NCBI GenBank assembly: GCA_965153455.1
Contig: OZ234493.1
Location: 20,760,213 to 20,824,212, forward strand
Length of the DNA: 64,000 nucleotides
DNA from: Sphagnum compactum
Taxonomy: Eukaryota
Reading direction: 5' to 3'
Position 1 is the stretch's first letter. Every line of letters starts with the position of its first letter. Positions 24,165 through 37,731 of the stretch are shown piece after piece. Both the position numbers and the translations under genes were made by a program. The notes under the pieces were generated by a model. The model saw only the letters and a list, made by a program, of their open reading frames with translations, had not been told where the DNA came from and ran no database searches.

Positions 24165-24628
24165 CTTTCGAGCACGAGAAGGGGGTTGGAAATAGTTTTC
24201 AACCAGCAATTGATGCGTCTCGAATTTCCATCAAAGACTGCGTCATTGACCCAAGCGCTATGATTATAGTAACTAATGATCCGGTGACCTTTTTATAGCA
24301 CGACATAGCCAAAAGGCTGACAAAGGATATGGGAGAAAACGGACACCTACAGAATGTTAAATAGCACTACGTTACCAGCGAGGGAGCTCAACTTCCTCCT
24401 GGCCTGTGAGCTCACACCAGAAATTCTAGGATTGGAGTCACAATTGTTGGTGTAACACAATTGGGTACGGAGCAGCAACACCAGCTTTCCCTTCCCTAGA
24501 TTTTTTTCTCTCCATGAATCATCATCATCATCAAACATCGACTCCACCACCTTCTGATCGTCCTCCCCTTCTCCCTCCCTCCTTCTCTCAACTACCATCT
24601 GATCAACCAGAAGCAACAGCCTTCTCAA

Positions 24629-24910
24629 CATCCTTTTCTTTTGCTGGCAATGGCAATATATAGCCAAAAAGCTATATTAAAAATTAAAAGTGCTGAAATT
24701 AATTGCTTTGTGAGATTTTCAATAGCCATAATTCGTCCAATTTTTTTAATCGCCATATTCATATACATGGTTCAAGTATGTAGCCAAAAATATAAAAGGG
24801 TGTTTTTTTTTAATGAATTTCATATTTAAGCTTGTAGCCAAATTTAGCTAAATTTTCTTGTGGATCATCACCACTTTGGCTAGATAAAAAATTTCACCAA
24901 AATAACACTG
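24629..24910. mobile_element. hAT-type MITE, second family, copy 1
   Basis: Perfect 8-bp TSD CTTCTCAA (24621-24628 / 24911-24918); ends in CACTG; similar to 24990-25258. Confidence 0.7.
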
Positions 24911-24989
24911 CTTCTCAACCATCAATCTTAGGCACTTGGACATCACAAAATTGGCAGGAACAGAAGGACTCAGCCATGATAGTGGTGAC

Positions 24990-25258
24990 CAGCCTTTTTT
25001 GGCTGGTTACATCTAGCCAAAAAGTTATATTAAAAATTAAAGTGCTAAAATCAAGTGCTTTTTGAGATTTTCAATAGCCAGAATTTTATCATTTTTGAAA
25101 AACAAATTCCATGTCTTCTACATGGTTCAGGTAGGTAGCCAGAAATATAGAAGGATGTTTAAATTTTTTCCTTTCATATTTAGCTTGTAGCCAAATCTTT
25201 ATCATCACCACTTTGGCTACAGCACGAAATGCACCCCCAAAAAAAACAAAAACCACTG
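24990..25258. mobile_element. hAT-type MITE, second family, copy 2
   Basis: CAGCC...CACTG ends; internal TAGCCAAA motifs shared with copy 1; degenerate 8-bp TSD GTGGTGAC/GTGATGGC. Confidence 0.65.
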
Positions 25259-25402
25259 GTGATGGCTGGCGTGAACCAACAACTGCCACTGCACCATGAG
25301 GGATGGATGGTGGATGGGAAGGAAACACTTTTTCATTGGGTTCCATTTCCTTAGTTTTTGAAGACATGCCTTTCAGAAATACTGGAAGCTGGTGAGGCCA
25401 CA

Positions 25403-25538
25403 TCGCCCCATCTTTATTCAAGATCTCAAATGAGATCTTAAGACATGAAGATCTTGAAACAAGAGAATCGTCGCCCCATCTTTATTCAAGATCTCAAATG
25501 AGATCTTAAGACATGAAGATCTTGAGCTAAGAGAATCT
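25403..25538 (+). repeat. ~70-bp near-perfect direct tandem duplication
   Basis: CGCCCCATCTTTATTCAAGATCTCAAATGAGATCTTAAGACATGAAGATCTTGA occurs twice. Confidence 0.85.
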
Positions 25539-26699
25539 ATGTGAGTTTTTTCTTCACTTAACAATGGGGCTATCATCATCACTAATTGGCAACAAAGAAG
25601 GAATGAGGAAGATGCTTCTCACAAGCACTTGCATGTGTTGTGTGTGGTTCTCTTGAACAACTTGGCAGGTTTTTTCACAGTTCGGATGCATGTTATGCAA
25701 GCAACGAACTTGCTTGTTGTTAGCTCTCAAGTTGTTGAGGTAAATTTGACTTCTTTAGGACTTTCTTATGTTGAGGAAGTATTTGGTCAATGCTTGAACT
25801 TTATTTTCCTCTTTCCTTTCCTTGATCCTATATGTGCTTCATTTAGTGGAAAAGGGTTTATCTTGCTGCAGGCTGTTCCTTGTTCTTGGGTTGTTCCAAT
25901 GACCTTCAATGTAGTCAATCATTCAATCGGGAACGTGCATCTTGCAATGATAATATACAAAACGTACCATCGAAGTTGAAGTTGTGAAGCATTGATGATA
26001 TTATATGTGTATAGGATTGACAAGCATGTTGTGTTAGTTGTTACAAATCATCAATAAGCATTCTTATTTGTAAATGCAATTAACATGTGTGTTTGCTTAT
26101 AGAGTTCATTGGTTATGGACCCTATTTAAAATCTACAAGTTAAATTAAGATTCTCATTTAAAACCTAACTTCTTGTAAGAGGCAACACATTTTGATCATG
26201 AACAGTCATGATATGGGTTGGTATTTGTAACTTACAAAATAGTGGATGTTGTCAGCAATGGTTAATAAAAACATAGCTCAAACATGTTCAACATTGTTGG
26301 GTTAATCATTAAAATTTGTGTATAGATTCAAGTTTGTATGAAGTCTTGACCATAATTCTATTTATTTGTTCAATTGCATTTTTCATTCATGTTCTACACC
26401 TCTTCCAAATCATTTCAATAATTGATATGATTCACATGTATGTAAGATTCAAGCCATTAATTATAATGAGGGCATTTGCCCCTTTGAAGTGTCCATGTAT
26501 ATTTTTAGAAATGTTCTTTTGGGCAATCTAACTTTGGTGAACACTCCCAACTGCAAGCACTAAGAGTTGGAGCTCCCCCACCATGAAGCACATCACAATT
26601 ATAAGGATTCATGATGTTTGAATCTAATAATCTACTTGTTTTGATGTGTGAAGTTCAAGTATTATTAAGGTATGTTGTCATGTGAAACCATTTTCTTAG

Positions 26700-27097
26700 A
26701 TGAACCTAGAAAGCCAACAATTGTTGACTATATTGGAAAGAATTGGAAAACTTGTTATGGTGAATCCTAACCAACACAAAGCAAAGGACTCCCAAAAGGC
26801 ATTTACATTCAACAAGGTCTCCAACATAGTGGCTTCACCATGTACAGTGGCATTTTCCATGGTCTTAGTACTTATGAAAGTTAAGAAGGAATTCAAGCTA
26901 GCAAGTTGATTATCAACTTGTCATCATAGATATACTTTGGAACTTTTAAAGATGTTTGAATTAATTACTTCATGATAATGTTATAATAACATTTTTTTTC
27001 TTTCCTTGTAAAGGAAGTCTTCATGAAAACACAAACTTTGATTCATTTAATCTTAGATGGGCACAATGTTTGTGTCTTTGCTTATGGATAGATAGGT
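26700..27097 (+). pseudogene. Kinesin-14 motor-domain gene fragments (two decayed exons)
   Basis: GKLVMVNP...KDSQKAFTFNKV (~26743-26819) and EVFMKTQTLIHLILDGHNVCVFAYG*IG (27014-27097) match the kinesin-14 consensus EVFxDTQPLIRSVLDGYNVCIFAYGQTG; CAG>TAG at 27089. Confidence 0.75.
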
Positions 27098-28899
27098 ATA
27101 ATGTCTTTACTATGATGGTATCTGCTATCTAGAACTATTCATAGGTTGTTTACAATTTGTCACATGTGCTATTCTAATGGTTGTTACAATTTATAATTGG
27201 AGTTGATATAGGGTAACAAAAGTATAAAGGAGGCCTCTTGTTTGTCCCCAACTTATAAATTATGATCTTTTGAAGCCCAAGTACTTTTTAATCCATAGTT
27301 ATATTCAAGGTTGGTTTTTTGTCAAGATTATTTCTATTTCCACATTGTGGTTGAAGATAACCAGAACCCTGGTGTTCAATGTGGTTTGCTTGTAGCTTTT
27401 GAAGCCACGTACGAAGGTTGACATTCTTGATCCATTTTCTTGACTACCTTGCACATTTGGTGAAATGTGAAATATGTGGTGTGCTAGGGATGACATTCCA
27501 CAAGAACCTTATTACACTTGGGCACTACAATGGGACTTTGAAATTACCATTTCTAAACCTAAATGTAATGATTTTGGATGACATGGGAAATGACATTGTC
27601 TTATGGCGTGAGAATGACTTAGTTGCATTATAGATCAAATAATGTGGTTGCAAGGAGTCACAAGTAGTGTATGATAATCGTGTATGGGATTGGAAGTGCA
27701 TGTATGCAAATTGTTTGTGTTAGGCATGGGAGACCTTTTGAAACTATGATGTCAACCTTGATGTTGAACTATTTTGAGACTGAATTAATGATATGTAAAG
27801 TTGGAGGTTATTTTGCTATTGTTTATAGTTAAATAATGTATGCATATATGCATGTATAATAGATGTACCATTCTTTTAGGCACCAATTTTGGTCAATAAA
27901 ACAAAACTAATGTTAAGTCTTATAGAGCAAAAAAGGTAAAGAAGATTGGCACATAGTAACAATTGGCTCCAAAGTTTTTAAAAACAATAATGTATTTACT
28001 CCTAAAATGGTAAAAAATGAGTTCAGTTAAGATGACATGTAAATAAACGACCAAGTGCAGTCAAGTAGGCCATGTATATATTCAACTAGGATTGGTCAAA
28101 TAAACCATTAATTTATAATGAAGTAACTAGCTAATCCACCTTCATGGACAGTGCAGATGGTGATACGTGTTTTTAATAGATGCACAATGTATACATGACA
28201 TGTGTCAATGTTAGATTGACAAATTGATGACATGTGGCACTTCAAAATGGATGAAAAATTGAATGGGAAATGGCACCTAACAATGCCATGTTGATATTTA
28301 AGATGTAACATAGTTGTGACACATGGCATACATAATACTATAGTTTATTATGGCCAATTTAATTAATGGTCAAGTTGACAACTTGTCATCTTGACCAGTA
28401 AAAATAACCCATGACCCCTTGGTAAAAAAAACATTGGTCAAAAAGGTTAGGTCCAAATTGATATCTTAAATTGATGAATGAATGAGTAAGATATGCCCTT
28501 TGCAAGTGAAGGGGTTCATGATGGGCATTTGGGCTAACACATATGAATAGTTTACATTTTAGAGCTTAAGATTTTTGGATGTTGCTCTATTATCTTTATT
28601 TGAAAAAGGTTTTGTAAATCTTCAAGTGGCACTTTCATAGCTTTTTAAATTGTTCAAAACAAGCAAGAAATGAGAAAGATATGAGATTTGAAAATAAAGG
28701 GGTCTAAATGTTTTTTTCTTTGCTTGAACAAGTTCATCCTCTTCTTCCTTTTTTGTTGTTGCTTCTTTGGTTTTGGAGTTCGAAGAAATATTGTAAATCT
28801 TCATTTGGCTCACCCATGGTCATGAAAATCTTTCCAAAAGGACAAAAAATTCAAAGATATGGTAGGTGTTTGGTGATAGGCATGTCTACCTTATAGTCT

Positions 28900-29770
28900 T
28901 ATTAATTATGCTATATTAACCTAATCCACCTATTAGCTATACTAAGTATTAACATAAAAATATTTAAAACATAAAAAAAATGATCATTATTATTAAGTAT
29001 TTATAATACTAATACCAACTATTAATATTGGTACTAATATAAATTAATACTTAATAATAATATTAATAATATTAATTATATTAATTTTGTTGGATATTAT
29101 ATGTTGTTTAATTATAAAAATTAACTAGTAATTTCAAAAAATATTATTGATAATTAGATTTTACTAATATTCATAATAATAATTATATTAAGTATTATTA
29201 ATTTAAATATATAGGGTTGTGGGTTAATAACGATTAATATTAATGATTAGATATTTACTCAATATTATATTATATTCAATAACATAATCATAGTCATATA
29301 TTTATATTTTAGATTAATATATATAAATAGAATTAGTATATGAAATATTATTAAATATTTAAGTGTAATTTAACTCATTATTTATCATTAATGATATTAT
29401 GATGGTAGTAATAATATAAAATTATATATATAAATAATTATTAATTTTATATCTTTCCAAAAATTAATAGTAATAATAATAATGAATATGTGTATACATT
29501 AATACATCAAAATATAATACATACAATAAATTATAATATAAATATAAATTAATGTAAATAATATTTATAATTGAATATTAGTCATATGAAATACTTTTAA
29601 TTATAAAATATAATTTTATTAAATGAATAATGGTCAATAATATTATTAATATTGATAACAAGTTATGATCTGTGCATAATAATACTATATACATATGATA
29701 TATTAATTTAGGTGAGATATAATAATTATATAATATGTATTAACTTAAACTAGGTCTACTATTTAACATA
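28900..29770. repeat. Extremely AT-rich low-complexity tract
   Basis: Long runs of TAA/TA/AAT with very few G or C. Confidence 0.8.
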
Positions 29771-32700
29771 GGTTATTATAGTCTTTTGAGGGTTTTGAAA
29801 TATTGTAGTAATGTTTTTTCCCCAAAATCCTTTGGTACAGTTGTTGTGATGTTTTTAAATTCCCCAACTATGAATGAGTTGTAAAATACTAAAAAGACCA
29901 AATCATTCCTTTGTGAAATTGAAAGTTAACTATAATAAAATAGCGAAATGCCCCAACTTACAAATGTACTTTGCACTTCATCAATCCACCAATGTAAATT
30001 GCCATTCAACCAAAAACTAAATTACCAAAATAGTCAAAGGCCCAACTTATGATGATGCAACATCACCAAAGGGTACAATGATGTATGATGACATCATAAT
30101 TTTATTTGACCTTTGAATTGAAGGTCAACTAGGAAAGTTGTCAATGTAAAACACTTGCACAAGGTGGACCCCCATTTGAGGACCATTTTCAACTACTGAC
30201 CATTCTATTGATAGTTCAACTCATTTATTTTTTGATTTAGAAATTTAAAAATTGTAGTTGGAATGTAGTTGGAGACGACATTTAGTCGGGAATTTTCAAG
30301 TTTAAGAAAAAGTTTTTTTTTTAGTGTCTTTCATGTTACCTATCATTTTTTTGTCATTTCTCATTAACAACTCTTTGTTTTCTCACCTTATCACCTCAAT
30401 TTTGAGGCAATTGTGTGAAAGGCAAGCTGAAACTAGAGGTTGTAAGTCACAAGCCCTATTAACTATTGTTGAATGTTTGCCTTGCCATATCTTGCCTATT
30501 TCTCTCTTTTCACCTATCACCAATCTTGACTTGGATTTTTTTTTCTTTACATTTTTGAGCTTCACCTTCTTAATAATCATTCCTATCATGAACACTAAAG
30601 ACAATGGTGTTAATTGTAATACCCCAATTTTTTGTAAGATATGATAACAATTGAATTTTTGATAATTTGTTACAAGAAAATAGAAAATTGCATCCTTTTG
30701 AAGCTAGTCCATCAATAGATGATGATTCATATGTATCAAATTAAGATACAATTGACAAATCTATAGAAGCAAACGATTACTTGTAAGCCTCATAATTGGA
30801 ATTCACTAATGCATGTGCTTGTTTTTAGGTGAACCACAACAAATTAATAGACCTTTTTCATAATCAAATAATGTGGTGCATAATTTGCCATAATGATGTT
30901 ATGGGTCCTAAAATTTTGGGATTGCACATTAGGTTAAGCAAGGTATCATTGTTTATCATAAATCAAATGGCATAATAACATGGATTAAATTGAATCATGT
31001 ATGAATCATCAATGACATATAGATGCGAACTCAAATACTTAACTAAATGCTTATGTTCAAGGCTAAATATCTCTTCATGTTCAAAAATAAATCTTATTTG
31101 GCTATGTTGACCGTTATTAATCTATTCATGTTTCATTAACAATATGAAACCAATTTGCATTGCATTTAGGAGATTCATTTTAGGAAATAGGCTGACATTA
31201 AAAAATCAAGGAGAATTGAAAGCCTTTGGTATTGAAAAAATATTGTTTAAGGTTTTGTTATTATAAAAATTGACAATGCTATGATTTTCATGTTGTTTTT
31301 TACTTTTGATAATATGTACCATAAACCCAATTAATTCATAGTCTTCAAACAATCTGCCTATAAATTAAATATGAAATACAAATAATTAATCATGGATTAT
31401 TATTTTTTGGTTACACAACATATATATATACTATTTTTTGTTGCTTCTTGTGATTGAAAATAGTCAAAACCATTTCATTTTCAGATTTTTAATTTTTAAT
31501 TTCACTTTTTGGCAAGATTTCCCAAATAATAAAAGATTGATTTTCATTTTTCATGGTTTCAAATTGGGAACTATTCAGCTATGGGCCCCAAACATTGTTT
31601 GCCAATTTATTTTGATTGAGTGGCTATGTATTTATATTTGTAATCAAACAAACAAAACAAGTGGAACAATAGGTGGTGTTTGATGACTCCCAAAAGACTA
31701 AAGACCACACAAAATGTTACATCAAATGTGAGAAAGCCCATGTTGCATCACTTGCTTACACGCTTGAACAACCATTCTAATGTCCTACCTTACTTTCACT
31801 ATTTTAAAGTTGTGGGTATGTTGGGTACATAACCACCTTGCCTACCCTTGACATGTTCTTGATGTAGTTGGATATGAATCTCTACCCATTTGTTTTTTCC
31901 TATTTGTTCACAACTCCAAAGTTTTCCAAGGGTCAGTTGAACATCATCATCAACAAGCATCATTAAAAGAATGGTTTCCTTCACAAGCCAAGATGGAAAG
32001 AAGAAGAGTTTTGAAACAATGTTTAATTTGTTCCACCATCTTTCAAATTGAACTTCTGTAGAAATTTTTGGCTATTTTTCCAAGGACATAAGATCTTTTT
32101 AGTGTGATGAGGTGATAACATAGTCTAAGGTTGTTGTTGCTTTTAAAAAATTTAAACAGGAATTCTCAATGTCATAAGGGTGGGTGCGGTCACATTAACA
32201 AGAGCCATAACAATTGTAATGTGTGCTTAGTTTTTCATGTTTAAGAGTGGTAATTTAAATTGGTGTTGAAAAATTATAAGATTTTTTAATTTAGTATGGT
32301 TCATAATATATCATTGGAACATATGAATTAATTTGAAAAACATCCGATGAATAAAAAGCTCTCAAAAGCATTCATTAAACATTGTAACACATGATTTTTA
32401 ACATTAAAAAGATTTATAAATAAATTTCAAAACTTTTGAAAATTACAAATATTTTGAAATCTTATACATAAACCTTGACATAATAATATAAAAAAATTAT
32501 TAAAAAATTGATGAATTTTTTGAAGACTTTTTTTAAAAAATTCTAAGAAACATTCATATAAAAACAATCCCAAAAGCACACAAGTGTGGCTCATGTTATC
32601 CTATTTGCACTTGGGTGTTAGACATCAGCAAATTATGATTTTTCCTTTTAAACTTATTTGCATTTCTTTAGAAGATTAGGAATAGCATGTGATCATATTA

Positions 32701-34394
32701 TGTCTAATGATCAAACTATAACTTGTCTATGTGTGTTCTTCAATAACATGACTTTTTTTATTGTACATATGTGCAACATATTTTGGAACTTGGAATTGGG
32801 TGTTTTTAATCAAATGGCCATCTCATGCACAAAAGCCTGTGAAAAAAAAGAAAGAATAGTAACATCACTTTCAACACAAATCTTTTCAATTCAATACCAT
32901 CTTTTTAATGTATGACTTTCATTGGACCAATTTTTTTTTCATTGCTTATCTTGTTTTGATAAATCTTCCTTCTCCATGGAACCTTTGGAAAAATTGTGCC
33001 ACATGTGTTTGAATTTTAAACAACCTTATTCATCAAACACCCATAATCAAACACCATGAGTTTAATTCCTCAAAATGAGCTTTGCTATAAAATGTCTCTT
33101 TTCAATCATCCATATGAAGATATGAAGATCATGTTGTGAATTGAAAATTGAAGGAATAGATGAAAAAGGATGTTGGGTTTTGCCCAATTTTTTTACAACT
33201 TAGGAGGAAGTTTTAAATGTGTATTTTTAATAAGGGCATATCGTATTTTAAACCTTAAACCTTGAACCTCTTTCACAATACATAGACCCAACAAGATTTT
33301 CCTTTTGTATATTGTTGTTGCTTAAATCACGTGTCACCTCATGCACAACACTTAAGAAATTGTAAAATTTTGTTGATCAATCAATAGGACCTTTTAATTT
33401 CATAATATTTTTCAAAATTTTAAAATACTATTTTCCTTTTCTTTTGCACACAATGTTTTTCTTTAACAAAATGTCTTTTTACGAAAGCCAAAAAAACATT
33501 TATGCACATGAAGAGATCACAACCACTTGCATTGTTGTTGCCAAGGAGGATATGGTGAAAGATGGTTATTTCTATTAAAGCAAAGTAGCTAAATGCAACA
33601 TTTGCATCATAGATGTGACACTTGCATTTTCACATACATTAAACATGGGAAATTCAAGAATGGTTTTTGTTTGGTATAATCTGATATGTGGGTCACCATC
33701 TATTTGTAGTGTAAAGAAAAGCACATCCACCATTCCACCATTATTGTTGTTGCAAGGAAGATTACTAGGTGTAGGTAATGCATAACCCAACTCCTTAGTT
33801 TTAATCATGTGATCCCACAACAAAAACCCATGTCATAAACCTTAAGAAATCACAAAGTTCAAAAGTTCTTATTCTTCTTCTTCTTCTACAATCTAACTAT
33901 GATGGATATTAGCAAAAACATGATTACTAGTGTGAGCCTAACAAGTAATGGATCTTGAACAAGTTCAACCTTTTCCCAAGAATAGAATAATTGTTGCCAT
34001 TAGTTGTAAGAACTTATTGGAAGGGGCGGAAAAAAACATTGCATGTGAGCAAAGAAGGAGTTTGCATGCAAAATAAGATAATGATAACAAATCAATGAAA
34101 AAAATTTAAGGGATTTATCAAAACAATAAAAAGTTACGAAAAATTAGGAAAAAAATCTTTTTAGCTCTTGATGTAAGTAAAAGGTTCACATTTAGACCCT
34201 TCCAAGCATTTGCGCCTTAGGATGGGAACTTCAATTTGCAGAAATGTCTAAATGTAGACCTTTATCATATACCATAAACCCTAAACCTTATCAAGGTACC
34301 CATATTATGAACAACTTTTATTATTAGCATTACTTTTCAATATGAAAATTTGGACTTAGAAGTTAATAAACACATTGTTGTGCATTACCATATC

Positions 34395-34845
34395 AACAAT
34401 CACACCTATCATTGTCCACACCCCACACAAAATAACATAATAACACCCTAATTGGTAAATCATACTTAAACCAACATGAAACTCATTTGCAAAATATAGG
34501 AATCCAAGCTCAAAACATAGAATGAAACACAACACACAAACCTTGTGCCAAAGAAACTTGCATAAGAAAAATGAGAACTTAAAAAACAAAACACACTATG
34601 TTTTTGATGCATTGTTGCGTGTTACCATATTGACACCTACACCTATCACTATCCAAACGTCACACAAAATAACATAGGAACACCCTCATTGGTAGATCAA
34701 ACCTAAACCAAAATGAGACTCATTTGCAACAAGTAGGAATCCAAACCCAAAACATAAAATGAAAACACAACACACAAACCCTATGCCAAAAAAACTTGCA
34801 TGAAAAAAACATGAAAACTTACAAAACAAAACACATTATGTTTTG
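34395..34845 (+). repeat. Diverged ~240-bp tandem duplication
   Basis: ACACCTATCA...AAAATAACATA...CTCATTTGCAA...AGGAATCCAA...ACAACACACAAACC...AACTTGCAT...AAAACAAAACAC occurs twice. Confidence 0.7.
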
Positions 34846-35919
34846 GAATCTCAAATTATCAAAAGTATTTGAGAATCCACACCTCGAGATTTTATCCCAA
34901 AAACCAAATAGCCCAAACCATGTTCACATTTGAATCAATTTTGTACTAAAACACAATTAACTATGCTAACACAACTTAACAATAAACTAATTATGACCTA
35001 ACCAAAATAGCTAAACTAAGACTCCTAACAACATCTTGGCTTAGTTCGGGCTGAAATAATATATAGAAATACATATAACTTTTTTTTTACACAATACTAG
35101 TGGTCCAAAAAAAAAACATCAAGCACCCAAGAAAAATAAAATTAACTGGAATATTTTTAATTGAAGGAGACAATAATGATGGGGAATACTGGTCATAAAA
35201 CTCTAAAAGAGTACTTGAATGAAATGCCAAAACTGGGTATAACAAGTAGCTCATGGCATTTAATGGCTCTGCCCTTTTCTTAAATGACATCCATAAGGAT
35301 GATAAAATTTCAACATACTAAATTGGAAACACATGGTGGTTAGCATCAAGTGTGTATTTGTTTTCAATTTTGTAGTGTAGCAACAATGGCAAGCCTCCCC
35401 AAACATATTTCAACTTAATTGCTACTAGTCACAATCAATTATTTTAAAATTTTCCTATATTTTCATATATTTATGTCAATGTCAAATTTAATTTAAATTA
35501 ATATACATTTCATGGACATGAAAATACACATGTTATTTTATTTTTTTAATATCCATGTTGGTGGACAGGAAAAAAGAATGAGGTAATTATAAAATGGAGG
35601 TAGTTATTAGAAAAGGTGGGAGATAGTTATTATGAAAGTTGATAAAAAAATTAGGTTATTAAATAGTTATAAAAGAAATAATTATGAAATAAGTAGGCTT
35701 GAAAATGAGATAGTTATTTCTGAATAGTTTTTGACATGGTCAAGGGATGACCATACGACCAAAATGGTCATGTAGAAAAGACATACGAAACTTTTTGCAA
35801 AGAACCCCATATAAACCAGTTCCTACGTCATTGGAATAATCATTTGACAACTTGTGTTTTTGAAGAAAAAAATGAATATTTACCAAAAATTTGAGTTGGT
35901 GTCACACCTTTTGGCGATT

Positions 35920-37720
35920 CTTGAGGGTCATCTCCATGCCACTCATGAGTTCCACTTATGTACGTCATAAAAGAGATGTTTACAAATGTAATAAAATGGG
36001 CCTCCGCATATGTCATAAGAAGTTTCTTCAGGTTTTGACAACTGAATGTTCTTGCATTCTTTCTTGGTCTTTTATAACAAATTGAAGGATCCAAAGTCAT
36101 GGTGGTGATTGATCAAAATTCTTTAGAACCCAAAAAAGAAGAAGAAAAGCCACCATTATTTTGTTTGTACTACAATTCTGTAGTTGACTGAAATATCCCC
36201 CTTCTTACCTTGTGTGAGTGAGGCTTAAGGCGGAGCAGAGTTCCAGAGACAAAATTGACCAAACAAAAATAAAATGAAAGATGAAAAAAAAACACACACA
36301 CTCTTTTGTTGACAAAATTGCTGACACCCAATGCAACCAAATAAAAGAATTGAATTCCATAGAGACTTTCAAATGAATGACAATCGCCACATCAACGACA
36401 ATTAGCCATACTTTCCATCACTTTTGGTGGGGTGTTTGTTGCATGAGAACTCTTTCACCTCCCACTCCACTTGTTTGTTGAAGCATTGGGCGACAAACAG
36501 CCCAACAACCCATAACAAGATGTAGGAAGAATAATGTTAAAAAATCTCTTCAGCTTTAGATTTTTTTTTCTTTAAAGAAACAAATTGGATAAGTATATCT
36601 GGATTCTTATGTGCATACGTGTGCTTACGTGGTTTTGTACATCCATATGTCGAATTGGAATCAAAAAAAGCACCAAAGGTATTAAATAAGTATAAATTGT
36701 TCCCAACGTGCATGTTGTTCAACATATAAACCGACATCAGAGGTTTTCTTCCATGATTCAAAACACCAAAACCAAACCTAGTCAAAGTCAACATTGTAAT
36801 CAACACAAAGTTCCCAATTCAAAGATTAAAAACGTTCAAACCAATCCTTTTTCATAGAGTGACATTGTGTTAAACAAACACCCAATTCAAGTGTAACAAC
36901 ACCAAAACCACACCTACTCAAAGAGGCGCATCCTTTGCAACAAACACCCAGTTCGAGATTAATGACACCAAAACCACCCCAACTCAAAGAGAGACATCCT
37001 TTGCAACAAACACCCAAACGCCCAACTCAAGAGTAATGACACCAAAACCAACCCTACTAGATCAGGGACATCGTTTTCAACAAACACCCAACTCAAGATT
37101 AAGGACACAAAACCACCCGTACTCAAAGAAGGCTATCATTTGCAACAGAACACCCACACACCCAACTCAAGAGTAACAACACCAATGCATGTTTTCTATG
37201 AATAAAAAACACATTCAAAGTCCAACTTGAAAGCCAGGTAAACCAGATAAATGACTAAGTAGGCTAACAAAATCCTCCACCCACAATTTAGCAAACCCAT
37301 ATGAAGCTGTATTCTACAAGAGTTGCTTAGAAAGGAAATTTTCACCCAAAAACTGAGAAAACCTGCCCTCTTAAATTCTTATCCCAAAACAGCTAACTCA
37401 CAGAGCCATGGCATGTCTGGATATCGATGAAATGGGTCACTTCACAAGAGAGTTTATGCCTTGCATACATACAATCTTTACAAACATTTGAAATTCTGGA
37501 AAGATGTAGCCACTGGGACCCTTCTCTTCTTTGTGAATAACAGGAAATGGGTTTGTTGTTCAGGCATTCGAAAACTGCATTACAGAAAGAAGATATGATT
37601 TTGACTCTCAAATCCTGAATTCTTCCACACAGAACTAACCCAACGCAAAATGATTTCCTAATCCACCACCAGCCACACTAATAATAATAATAATAATAAT
37701 AATTTCCCTTTGTTTTCTCC
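35920..37720 (+). repeat. Duplicated TGA 3' flank (paralog of ~59120-61210), including a ~65-bp tandem minisatellite
   Basis: Collinear diverged match to 59120-60750 and 61145-61210; AAACACCCAACTCAAGA...CCAAAACC units at 36865-37185 and 60070-60310. Confidence 0.85.
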
Positions 37721-37731
37721 AGCTTCCTTCA

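Noticed and set aside
24347-25421. Gene interrupted by two MITEs
   Set aside because: Removing the MITEs and TSDs gives only a ~65-70-codon ORF with no recognisable domain.
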